A stretch of DNA of 55,267 bases from Candidatus Parcubacteria bacterium (GCA_021767645.1 JAASSY010000002.1:1-55267), one strand, 5' to 3'; shown: positions 7,905 through 16,067, counted from the first letter of the stretch. Notes: generated from the letters alone by a model not told the origin. Numbers and translations: made by a program.

Positions 7905-8561
7905 TTACAACTCTTTTAAAGCTAACTGAAGCCACCTTTGTAACTTACGCTTTAAAACAGTGCTGCCGATTATAGTACTTCCTGTCGCATTATGCAATAT
8001 CTCAGTGTGGCCACTATGAAATTGCGTTTTACCAAACTGAGTGGGGGAGAGTTTTATTTTCTGCGACCACCAGCGCTGCTCAATCGTTTCTGACTGATTT
8101 TCGTACAATAACAACCAAAAACGCAGCTGTTTTCTCTCTACACCCAGGTAGTTACACGCGAAACGGATAAAAATACGGTGCAGTTGTGGGTCATTTGAGG
8201 TCAGCCGTATCTGAGAAGACTGTTTTAAATCTCCAGCCGCTTGATACACCATAAGGGCGGCCAGAAAGGCTGGATCGCGCTTATAGTGACGAAACTCAGT
8301 GATCGCCGCTGTCTCAGCTTCTTTGTACCGTTTATCACGCTCTGCCTGCTGCGCTTTTTGTACCAGGGCTATGCGGTTACGGTTAGCTTTAGCGGCTTTG
8401 AGCGTGTTGTCAGCTTTTACCTGCTTGGAGAACTTCTGATTGGCTAACCAGTTGCTCACCGTGCCTTTTGAAACTCCGCACAACTTAGCTATTTCGGAGT
8501 AGGAAAAACCACGTTTTCGATAATACGTTGCTAGTTCTAGCTTTTCTGGGTTATGAACCAT
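7905..8561 (-). CDS. HTH-domain protein with possible LAGLIDADG-like (homing-endonuclease-like) C-terminal domain
   Basis: N-terminal HTH (GFSYSEIAKLCGVSKGTVSNWL). The C-terminal half has AFLAALMVYQAAGDL followed by IRLTSNDPQLHRIFIRFACNYLGV and FWLLLY..., which resembles LAGLIDADG-fold layout. The second call is tentative. Confidence 0.6.
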   Translation of the reverse strand: MVHNPEKLELATYYRKRGFSYSEIAKLCGVSKGTVSNWLANQKFSKQVKADNTLKAAKANRNRIALVQKAQQAERDKRYKEAETAAITEFRHYKRDPAFLAALMVYQAAGDLKQSSQIRLTSNDPQLHRIFIRFACNYLGVERKQLRFWLLLYENQSETIEQRWWSQKIKLSPTQFGKTQFHSGHTEILHNATGSTIIGSTVLKRKLQRWLQLALKEL

Positions 8562-8765
8562 ATGTAGTATATATTATATACTAAGTGGTCTGTTCAGTTT
8601 TAGGATGGTGGGGAGTGATGGTAAGTATGTTGTGTGACGCAGGTTACTAATTTACTACGTTCATAAGTACCTGCTGTCCCAGCTCGACCGTTTTTGCTCT
8701 AGTTATGAGCAATAACATGTCTCCGCTTCACACAAACGCACGCATGTGAAGCAGTTCACATGCTA

Positions 8766-8803
8766 TTAGAAAACACACTGGTTGTAACCAGTGTGTTTTC
8801 TAA
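8766..8803 (-). terminator. 17-bp perfect palindromic hairpin just downstream (minus strand) of the tRNA-Arg-linked element
   Basis: TTAGAAAACACACTGGT-TGTA-ACCAGTGTGTTTTCTAA. Confidence 0.55.
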
Positions 8804-8811
8804 TACCTTTG

Positions 8812-8938
8812 TGTGCCTGCCAGGACTCGAACCTTACAGGTTCAGTACCCGTTGTCGCAATTTTGCTGCTCGCAAAATTACTGGCAACGGCTTCGAGTCT
8901 TGCGACGGATGCTATTGCATCCTGCAACTGCCACGCAC
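8812..8938 (-). ncRNA. candidate structured, tRNA-Arg-linked RNA element (127 nt)
   Basis: Minus strand begins GTGCGTG (6/7 match to the tRNA-Arg 5' acceptor GTGCCTG). It contains hairpins GGATGC-AATA-GCATCC, ATTTTGC-GAGCA-GCAAAAT and GTCGCAA...TTGCGAC, and ends in an exact tRNA-Arg 3' end. No known family recognised. Confidence 0.3.
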
Positions 8939-8940
8939 AA

Positions 8941-8977
8941 ACGTAAAAAACTGGCAAGAAATGCCAGTTTTTTACGT
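8941..8977 (-). terminator. palindromic (bidirectional) terminator immediately downstream of tRNA-Arg
   Basis: 16-bp perfect stem ACGTAAAAAACTGGCA/TGCCAGTTTTTTACGT with loop AGAAA. Confidence 0.7.
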
Positions 8978-8981
8978 TTTG

Positions 8982-9053
8982 TGTGCCTGCCAGGACTCGA
9001 ACCCAGAACGCTTGGGCCGAAACCAAGAATGATATCCATTTCACCACAGGCAC
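8982..9053 (-). tRNA. tRNA-Arg (anticodon UCG)
   Basis: Cloverleaf: acceptor GTGCCTG/CAGGCAC, D-stem GTGA/TCAT, anticodon stem CTTGG/CCAAG, loop TTTCGGC, T-arm CTGGG-TTCGAGT-CCTGG (two G-U pairs), discriminator A. No CCA encoded. Confidence 0.85.
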
Positions 9054-9196
9054 AAATTTCGAGTGCGGTGCCTGCAAGCTTGTTTACAGGCACAAGTGTG
9101 TGTTACACGCTATTACGGCATATTTCGGCTACCGCAACGCCACTACTATACGTCGATTCGCAAGAAAACGCAACGGTTTTCTGCTACAATTCAGCC

Positions 9197-10675
9197 ATGA
9201 TTACCCGCTCAGACATACCAGAAACAGTACAAGCAGTTGCCAACACCCTTGAAACCGGCGGTTATGAGGCTTATTTAGTGGGTGGCTGTGTACGCGACCT
9301 GCTTATCGGCAAAACGCCTAAAGACTGGGATATTACCACTGACGCCACGCCAGAGCAGATCCAAGCCCTCTACGACGAAGACAGCACATTTTGTAACAAC
9401 GACTACGGCACCGTCGGGGTAGTGACAGAGGACGTGGAAGATGAGCGACTCAAAGTCATCGAAGTAACCCCGTACCGTACCGAAAGTGGCTACAGCGACG
9501 CCCGGCGACCGGATGAGGTGCAGTTTGGTACCTCGCTCGAAGAAGATTTGCAGCGAAGGGACTTTACGGTTAATGCAATCGCTTTTCGCCCGGCGACCGA
9601 AACCTTAGTCGACCAGTACGATGGAGCTGGTGACATTGCTAGAAAACGGCTTAAAACCGTCGGTAAACCCGACGAACGGTTTAGTGAAGACGCCTTACGT
9701 ATGATGCGCGCCATTCGCCTGGCCACGGAGCTTAATTTTGCCATTGAAAGCACCACCATGGATTCAATCACCGCCAATACTGGCCTACTTGGCAAGATAT
9801 CAGTTGAGCGCATAGCTGATGAATTCTTGAAAATTATCGCTAGCGACAACCCGATGCAGGGGATTGTATTTCTGGAGCGCCTCGGCATGCTCAACTTCGT
9901 TATACCCGAGCTGCTAGATACCATTGGTTGTGAGCAAGGTGGAATTCACGCCTATGACGTCTATGAACACCTCTTGCGGACCTGCCAAGCAGCGGCCGAT
10001 AAAGGCTACTCGATAGAAATGCGTCTGGCAGCACTCTTCCACGACATCGGAAAGCCAGCTACCCGGCGTACAGGTGGTAAAAACAAGGAATATTCTTTCT
10101 ATGGCCACGAAGTGGTGGGGGCTAAGATGACTCGCACCATCCTCAAACGTCTGAAAATGCCCCGTGATATAACCGATACAGTCGTTAGCCTCGTTCGTTG
10201 GCACATGTTTTTTGCTGATCCAGACGAAATTACACTTTCTGCCGTCCGACGCACAATTAATCGAGTAGGGGAGGAGCGTATCGAGGACCTGCTTAACCTG
10301 CGCGTTTGTGACCGAATCGGCACCGGCCGGCCAAAAGAGCAACCGTTTCGCTTCCGCAAATACAAAGCTATGGTTGATGAAGCACTCAGAGACCCGATTT
10401 CGGTCAAACTTCTCAAGATCAATGGCGACCGTATCATGGACATAACGGGGGAAAAACCAGGCCGTAAACTGGGCTACCTACTCCACGCGCTCCTTGAGGA
10501 AGTACTCGATGACCCTAGTAAAAACACTGAAACGTACCTAGAAACAAGGGTTTTTGAGCTACTCCAGCTACCAGAGAGCGAGCTCATCCATTTAGCGGAA
10601 GCCGGTAAGGAAAAACAGGCTGACGAAGAGGCTAAAGCCCTGAAAGCCATCGCCAGAGAGCATAAAATAGGCTAA
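9197..10675 (+). CDS. cca: CCA-adding tRNA nucleotidyltransferase with HD domain
   Basis: GGCVRDLLIGKTPKDWDITT head-domain motif, RRDFTVNA, HD motif LAALFHDIGKP. The track ORF 8813.. extension overlaps tRNA-Arg, so the ATG at 9197 (MITRSDIPETV) is used. Confidence 0.85.
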   Translation: MITRSDIPETVQAVANTLETGGYEAYLVGGCVRDLLIGKTPKDWDITTDATPEQIQALYDEDSTFCNNDYGTVGVVTEDVEDERLKVIEVTPYRTESGYSDARRPDEVQFGTSLEEDLQRRDFTVNAIAFRPATETLVDQYDGAGDIARKRLKTVGKPDERFSEDALRMMRAIRLATELNFAIESTTMDSITANTGLLGKISVERIADEFLKIIASDNPMQGIVFLERLGMLNFVIPELLDTIGCEQGGIHAYDVYEHLLRTCQAAADKGYSIEMRLAALFHDIGKPATRRTGGKNKEYSFYGHEVVGAKMTRTILKRLKMPRDITDTVVSLVRWHMFFADPDEITLSAVRRTINRVGEERIEDLLNLRVCDRIGTGRPKEQPFRFRKYKAMVDEALRDPISVKLLKINGDRIMDITGEKPGRKLGYLLHALLEEVLDDPSKNTETYLETRVFELLQLPESELIHLAEAGKEKQADEEAKALKAIAREHKIG

Positions 10676-10727
10676 GACGTCTTTCAATTAGCCAATAGAG
10701 ACAAAAAGACGCCCAAATAGGGGCGTT

Positions 10728-11396
10728 TTGTCGTTTTCTGGGGAAAACTTATATTTGGTATGTCATACTGCAGTCATGCCGGAGTACTTAGCTATGATAC
10801 AAACTGGTGTCAGTACCTACGGGCTTTGGTTTGTGGTGGTTTTTTTATTACTTGAGAACGTACCAATCGTTGGTTTTGTGGCTCCAGGCCTCACTATTTT
10901 AGTTTTAAGTGGTTTCCTTCACGACCTCATTGGAGTGTCAGCCCAAACGTTATTTCTCCTGGCTTGGTGCACTGTCGTACTAGCAGACACGATCTGGTAT
11001 GCGATTGGTCGCTATAGTAATGCAAAATCACGGTGGCTACGGTCGATTGCCAACAAAACACCAGCTGCCAGGCAAATACTCGTCAGTCAGCCCACCCATA
11101 GCTTAGTGTGCTATCAATTTATGGCTTATTTTCGGATGTTTTTGCCTTTTTCGTTTGGTATGTACCAATACCCATGGCAGGCATGGATGAGCCTTTGCAT
11201 CATAGCTTCAGGGCTCTATACAGCCGTCTTTTTTGGTTTGGGAGTCGCTGGAGCACGGCTGTTGGCTGACTTAGACATGATTGACACTGTGGTTCGGCAC
11301 CTCAACCAGCTGCTGGCTATCGCAGCTACTATATATGGAGCAGTGCTCCTGCGGGCTTATCTCAAACTACGACACAAAGAAAAAGACCTAGGGTAA
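10728..11396 (+). CDS. DedA/VTT-family membrane protein
   Basis: Polytopic, with the LLENVPIVGFVAPG re-entrant motif typical of DedA. The start may be an internal Met. Confidence 0.65.
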   Translation: MSFSGENLYLVCHTAVMPEYLAMIQTGVSTYGLWFVVVFLLLENVPIVGFVAPGLTILVLSGFLHDLIGVSAQTLFLLAWCTVVLADTIWYAIGRYSNAKSRWLRSIANKTPAARQILVSQPTHSLVCYQFMAYFRMFLPFSFGMYQYPWQAWMSLCIIASGLYTAVFFGLGVAGARLLADLDMIDTVVRHLNQLLAIAATIYGAVLLRAYLKLRHKEKDLG

Positions 11397-12004
11397 TCGG
11401 AAGCTAATCGGTGGTGTTGGGCGATTTGCTGCCGGTGACCCTAGGCCTTAAGTACTACACTGGGTAGTACGACATCTTGTTGAGCCGGTTGTGAGGCGGT
11501 TTGCCTCAGGTGGTCGTCTGTTTTCGGACTTCCTACGTTGTTTGGCTCTTCTTCTTGGTAAGCTATTACTTATACAACTATAGTTGTTTGTGTTGTGTAA
11601 GTTATCTTTGCATTGCGAACTGTTTACGAGGCTTGGAACTAATGTGTTCGTCGCCTCGAGTCAGTTCACAATGTCTTTTAGCTTACGTTAGGTGGGATGT
11701 TATGAACTAAGAGAGTTGGAGGTATTTGAACTCTGTTTGCTATGTGGAATGTACTCTTGAGGGGAAACTGATTGTTTCTGCCTGCCCTTGCTGGGCTCGC
11801 TATATATACTATGTCTTTTACAAATTTTGTAAAGGACAGTACATGTGAATAACTGGGGAAAAGTTTTTAAACTTGTCTTTTATAAAAGACACATTTTTTA
11901 CAAGCTGTCTTTTACGGCTAACATAAGCCGTTATTTCCAAACACTCAAACCACAGTTTGACTTTTTTACTTATCGTGTTGTTGTGTTTTATGGAGATTGA
12001 CGTG

Positions 12005-12811
12005 CTACAGGCTGACTTCAATCGAAACAGGGCAGTGATCTGAGCCGAGTACATCCGGGTGAATCTTGGCGTTCTTTAATAGTTCGCGTAGTGATTCATG
12101 CACCATGACGTAATCGATTCGCCAGCCAACATTCCGATCTCGCGCGCCGCCAAAGTGACTCCACCAGGTATAGAGGTCTGGTGTGTTTGGCTCAAACACC
12201 CGCAAGGTATCAACAAAGCCAGCTGCTTCCATGGCGTCAAAGCCTGAGCGTTCTTCTTCGGTGAACCCCTTCTTACCTTTGTTAGCTTTGGGTCGGGCTA
12301 AATCAAGTTCAGTGTGTGCCACGTTAAAGTCACCGCAATAAATGACCGGTTTCTCTGTTTGAAGTCGTTTCATGTACTCCAAGTAGGCTGGGTCCCAGTG
12401 CTGTCGCATCGGGATACGAGATAGGTCGTCTTTGGCGTTAGGGGTATAGACGGTAGACACAAAATAGTGCTCATATTCGAGCGTAGTCACTCGTCCTTCC
12501 CGGGTTGTATCACCGTAGCCGTCATCGAGCTGGTATTTCTCTTTCAGATCATCAGGCAGACCAAATATGGCTTCAATTGGCGGTATTTTACTAAAAATAG
12601 CAGTCCCAGAATAGCCTTTTTTCTCAGCTGAGTGCCAAAATTGCTCATACTCAGGGTAGAGTTGGGCAAAATCATCGGCTACTTGCTCTTCTTGCGCCTT
12701 CGTCTCTTGTACACAGAAGATATCCGGTTGGTGCTGTTTAAAAAATGGCTCGAGAAGACCCTTTTTTTCAACAGCCCGGATGCCATTGACGTTCCATGAA
12801 TAGATTTTCAT
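12005..12811 (-). CDS. xth: exodeoxyribonuclease III (AP endonuclease)
   Basis: MKIYSWNVNGIRA..., QETK, GDFNVAH, SDHCPV motifs of the EEP/Xth family. Confidence 0.9.
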   Translation of the reverse strand: MKIYSWNVNGIRAVEKKGLLEPFFKQHQPDIFCVQETKAQEEQVADDFAQLYPEYEQFWHSAEKKGYSGTAIFSKIPPIEAIFGLPDDLKEKYQLDDGYGDTTREGRVTTLEYEHYFVSTVYTPNAKDDLSRIPMRQHWDPAYLEYMKRLQTEKPVIYCGDFNVAHTELDLARPKANKGKKGFTEEERSGFDAMEAAGFVDTLRVFEPNTPDLYTWWSHFGGARDRNVGWRIDYVMVHESLRELLKNAKIHPDVLGSDHCPVSIEVSL

Positions 12812-12973
12812 CCCGTTAGTCTACTATAGATATGACGTTCCTTCGAATCATTGCGTCATTTGGTACCACATATCTACAATTATTGGTCACCACTGCATCG
12901 AGTTACCTTTGTTGACAAAACACAATTTTAATGTATTTTTTGAGTAAATCGTTTTTTAAATGGAGGATCGAAC

Positions 12974-13426
12974 ATGCACTGGTTAACCTGTGCCATCTTA
13001 GCCACCCTCGGAATTAGCCCGGTAATGATCTTGACCGGCGTAGCGCAGCGAAACTTTGGCATTGCGTCAGACGTGACAGCTGCTCTTTGGATGGGTGGCG
13101 TTACCCTCGGCATTATCGGTTGGATCGTGACTAATGGACGCGGTTCGGAGCTGATCACGCTATCACCGATGCTGGTCTCAATCTTCATCTTCTCACTGGT
13201 CGTCGGTGCGGCAGCAAACATTCTGCTGTTTCAGGCGCTCGTGAGCGCTCCCAACCCTGGACTGGTGCTTGGCGTGCTTAACACCAACGCACTCCTAGCG
13301 TTCTTATTGGCACCGCTCTTGGCCTATGTGTTGCCGCAGTTTTTTCCCAGCTGGGAGTTTGCCTGGCAACATGGCATTGGTATCGTGATGGTCGTCACCG
13401 GCCTCGGCCTCATCACTGCTACGTAA
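12974..13426 (+). CDS. EamA/DMT-like small membrane protein
   Basis: 150 aa with about 5 TM helices and a composition like a single EamA repeat. Weak family call. Confidence 0.5.
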   Translation: MHWLTCAILATLGISPVMILTGVAQRNFGIASDVTAALWMGGVTLGIIGWIVTNGRGSELITLSPMLVSIFIFSLVVGAAANILLFQALVSAPNPGLVLGVLNTNALLAFLLAPLLAYVLPQFFPSWEFAWQHGIGIVMVVTGLGLITAT

Positions 13427-13438
13427 CCAACCAGACAC

Positions 13439-13466
13439 TTGACGCTAGCGCCTAATCGCGTATAGT
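13439..13466 (+). promoter_or_regulatory. sigma-70-like promoter (TTGACG-N16-TATAGT)
   Basis: Near-consensus hexamers read directly, about 35 nt upstream of a strong SD and a 22-codon ORF. Confidence 0.4.
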
Positions 13467-13501
13467 TGCCGTTCAGCCAACAAGATAGGGAGGAGTAAAA
13501 A

Positions 13502-13570
13502 ATGGCACCAACACAACCAACCGAATCGCCAGCCAAAACGCCTTGGCCGGAAGGATTTGGTTCTTTCTAA
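13502..13570 (+). CDS. 22-aa micro-ORF (MAPTQPTESPAKTPWPEGFGSF)
   Basis: GGGAGGAG SD 6 nt upstream of the ATG. Followed by two hairpins, the second (AGCCGTCC/GGACGGCT + TTCTT, to about 13619) terminator-like. Below the track cut-off. Confidence 0.3.
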   Translation: MAPTQPTESPAKTPWPEGFGSF

Positions 13571-13684
13571 AGTACCGTCTTCGGTACCGCAAGCCGTCCA
13601 CTCGTGGGACGGCTTTCTTACTATGTCTGAGGATCCACTAGAGACTGTTGACATTTTGTAAAAATATGCTAGGGTTCGCGCACT

Positions 13685-14035
13685 ATGAAACGAGCCCTCA
13701 TTATCTGGCCACTGGTGGTAGTAGGAGCAATCATCATCTGGTGTGCGAGTTTTGTGTACGCTTTGGCTGCTATACCAGCTACTTACACCAACGATAATTT
13801 CTTAACCGCCACCCACGACCGCCCGGTGTCGTTCAACCGTGACGCGGCTGGTAATTTCTCTGGCTACACGACAACCGGCAAGCGTTTTGAACAGCGTAAT
13901 ATCGCTAACGCGCTCGACATCCGTCTCCAGCGCTTCATGATTGATGAAGCCTTTTTCTATATCTCAGACAAAGGAGTAATTTGGGCACCGGATGATACGG
14001 TTGCTCTCTCCATCTACCTGACCCGTACTGGATAG
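13685..14035 (+). CDS. hypothetical membrane-anchored protein
   Basis: Track ORF with an N-terminal TM helix (LIIWPLVVVGAIIIWCASFVYAL). No family recognised. Confidence 0.5.
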   Translation: MKRALIIWPLVVVGAIIIWCASFVYALAAIPATYTNDNFLTATHDRPVSFNRDAAGNFSGYTTTGKRFEQRNIANALDIRLQRFMIDEAFFYISDKGVIWAPDDTVALSIYLTRTG

Positions 14036-14164
14036 TGCACTCTGCGATTACTACATATATATGTACACATTGGTTACCACCTCAGAAGGGTGGTATTTTC
14101 GTATATAAGCTCTCTAATGAGCCAGATTGGCAAACTTGCACGCATTATCATACAATATATAGGT

Positions 14165-15112
14165 ATGAAACAAATTTTACTTGCCTTTCTAGGCCTTATT
14201 ATTGTCGGCGCTGGTGTCTATTACTTTAATCAGTCACGCGACACGTACGTCGCCGACGAACCAGATACGACGACTGACGAAAGTCCAGTCGTTGACGATG
14301 AGCCAATGCCCGTCGAACCAGACGGTGGTATCGGTGATGGGTCAGAGCCACTACCGGTACTTGAAGGAGAAGAGACCATTGGCCAGTCAGTCAGCGGTGA
14401 ACCGATTGTGGCCCACCACTTCGGTACTGGCGAACAGGAAGTGTTACTCATCGGCGGTATTCACGGCGGCTACTCTTGGAACACTGCACTCTTAGGGTAT
14501 GAACTAGTAGATTATTTCACCCAAAACGGTGATATGATCCCAGAAAATGTTCGAGTGACTGTAATCCCGGTGGTAAACCCTGACGGTCTCGAAACAGTCA
14601 CTGGCACAACCGGTACCTTTGACGCGACAGACGTGGACGCGAGTCAAAGCTCACGCGTGGCTGGACGCTTTAATGCCAACGATGTTGATCTCAATCGTAA
14701 CTTCGACTGCGAATGGCAAGCTAATGGAACCTGGCAAGACCGTGCTGTAAGTGGGGGAGATGCACCATTTTCTGAACCAGAGAGCCGGGCTATTCGTGAC
14801 TACGTCGAATCGCAAGAACCAGCCGCTGTCGTGGCGTACTACAGTGCAGCCGGTGGCGTCTACGCCTCAAACTGTCGCAACGGTATCCTAGAGGAAACAT
14901 TGGCGCTAACCAATACGTACGCTGACGCAGCTGACTACGACGCCTTTGAAGAATTCGACTTCTACGAAATCACTGGCGACATGGTGAACTGGGTAGCCGC
15001 ACAAGACATTCCAGCGATCAGCATCCTGCTCACTGACCACGAAAACACCGAGCTCAGTAAGAACTTACGCGGTATCGATGCCGTCCTTAACTACGTAAAC
15101 AACAATGAGTAA
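14165..15112 (+). CDS. M14-family zinc carboxypeptidase-like protein (paralog 1)
   Basis: N-terminal TM anchor, IGGIHGGYSWNT, VNPDG, DLNRNFDCEW motifs of M14 peptidases. The internal ATG at 14165 (MKQILLAF) is preferred to the track start at 14090. Confidence 0.75.
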   Translation: MKQILLAFLGLIIVGAGVYYFNQSRDTYVADEPDTTTDESPVVDDEPMPVEPDGGIGDGSEPLPVLEGEETIGQSVSGEPIVAHHFGTGEQEVLLIGGIHGGYSWNTALLGYELVDYFTQNGDMIPENVRVTVIPVVNPDGLETVTGTTGTFDATDVDASQSSRVAGRFNANDVDLNRNFDCEWQANGTWQDRAVSGGDAPFSEPESRAIRDYVESQEPAAVVAYYSAAGGVYASNCRNGILEETLALTNTYADAADYDAFEEFDFYEITGDMVNWVAAQDIPAISILLTDHENTELSKNLRGIDAVLNYVNNNE

Positions 15113-16004
15113 GCGTACAACCATCATTCTCTTGGGGCTGTTAATTGCTGCGCTGGCGGGAGCGCTGGTACTCTCCCAACAGCTTGGCACTCCAACCGCC
15201 AAAGCACCGCAGCCTGAACCAGTTGCAACACCTGAGCCTGAGCCGACGTGGCCGGAAGTAAGCACGATTGGTAGTTCTGTGGAGGGTAGAGAAATTAGTG
15301 TCCATCAATTTGGAGCAGGTGACAAACACCTGCTCTTTGTTGGCGGCATCCACGGTGGTTACGAGTGGAACAGTTCGCTCCTCGCCTGGCAGTTCATTGA
15401 CTACCTGACCGTCAACCCAGACGTTGTACCGGATGACATTACCATTAGTATCATCCCAACCCTGAACCCAGATGGCCTCGCACTCGTCACTGGTACCGGC
15501 GGACGCTTTGATATCCGTGATGTTCCAGATCCCAGTACACGAGTCGCAGCCGCTCGTATGAATACCAACGGCGTTGATCTCAACCGAAACTTTGACTGTA
15601 AGTGGGAACCAGAGAGTACATGGCGCGGGAACATCGTCAGTGCTGGTACTGCACCTTTCTCCGAACCCGAGGCGGCGGCGCTTCGTGACTACGTCAGTGA
15701 TACCAACCCCAGTGCAGCTGTCTTCTGGCACAGCCAGGCTAACAATGTCTACGCTTCTGAATGTGAAGACGGTGTACTACCAGCAACACTGACCTTGATG
15801 GAAAACTACGCTACAGCCGGTGACTATGGGGCGGTGCCAAGCTTTGACGCGTACCCTATCACTGGTGACGCTGAAGGATGGCTTGCCTCGATTGGTATCC
15901 CAGCCGTGACCGTTGAACTAGAGTCATTCCAAGACATTGAATGGGAGCGAAACTTACATGGCACCATGGCAGTCATCGACTCGTACTCCAACATAGCTAA
16001 ATAG
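15105..16004 (+). CDS. M14-family zinc carboxypeptidase-like protein (paralog 2)
   Basis: Same motif set (VGGIHGGYEWNS, LNPDG, DLNRNFDCKW). Overlaps paralog 1 by 8 nt. Confidence 0.8.
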   Translation: MSKRTTIILLGLLIAALAGALVLSQQLGTPTAKAPQPEPVATPEPEPTWPEVSTIGSSVEGREISVHQFGAGDKHLLFVGGIHGGYEWNSSLLAWQFIDYLTVNPDVVPDDITISIIPTLNPDGLALVTGTGGRFDIRDVPDPSTRVAAARMNTNGVDLNRNFDCKWEPESTWRGNIVSAGTAPFSEPEAAALRDYVSDTNPSAAVFWHSQANNVYASECEDGVLPATLTLMENYATAGDYGAVPSFDAYPITGDAEGWLASIGIPAVTVELESFQDIEWERNLHGTMAVIDSYSNIAK

Positions 16005-16018
16005 TCGGAACCCCAAAT

Positions 16019-16053
16019 AAAAAATACAGCGGACTATGTCCGCTGTATTTTTT
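16019..16053. terminator. bidirectional terminator between convergent M14 and helicase genes
   Basis: 14-bp stem AAAATACAGCGGAC/GTCCGCTGTATTTT with loop TAT, flanked by A and T runs. Confidence 0.7.
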
Positions 16054-16067
16054 ATTTGTAGCACCGC

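Larger units (their letters stand above)
8808..9003. repeat. 26-bp direct repeat TTTGTGTGCCTGCCAGGACTCGAACC (8808-8833 and 8978-9003), a copy of the tRNA-Arg 3' end
   Basis: Exact match read directly. The second copy is the T-loop/T-stem/acceptor 3' half of tRNA-Arg plus 4 downstream nt. Confidence 0.9.

Noticed and set aside
7385-7935. Track ORFs 7385..7738(-), 7594..7929(+), 7624..7935(-), 7686..7871(-)
   Set aside because: They overlap tRNA-Gly, its terminator and the hairpin-rich element. Their sequences are low-quality with no start context, so they are treated as non-coding.
8813-9196. N-terminal 128 codons of the 620-aa track ORF 8813..10675
   Set aside because: This extension runs antisense across tRNA-Arg, its terminator and the structured element. 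The CCA-enzyme homology begins at the ATG at 9197.
8760-9252. Track ORFs 8760..9032(+), 8766..9077(-), 8878..9093(-), 8983..9252(+)
   Set aside because: All overlap tRNA-Arg and the repeat/hairpin region, and are mutually exclusive short frames.
11501-12054. Cys-rich ORFs 11501..11710(+), a 42-aa TTG-start ORF near 11724, and 11818..12054(-)
   Set aside because: Their amino-acid composition is explained by the G+T strand skew. The starts are weak or overlap xth. The region is reported instead as a candidate non-coding locus.
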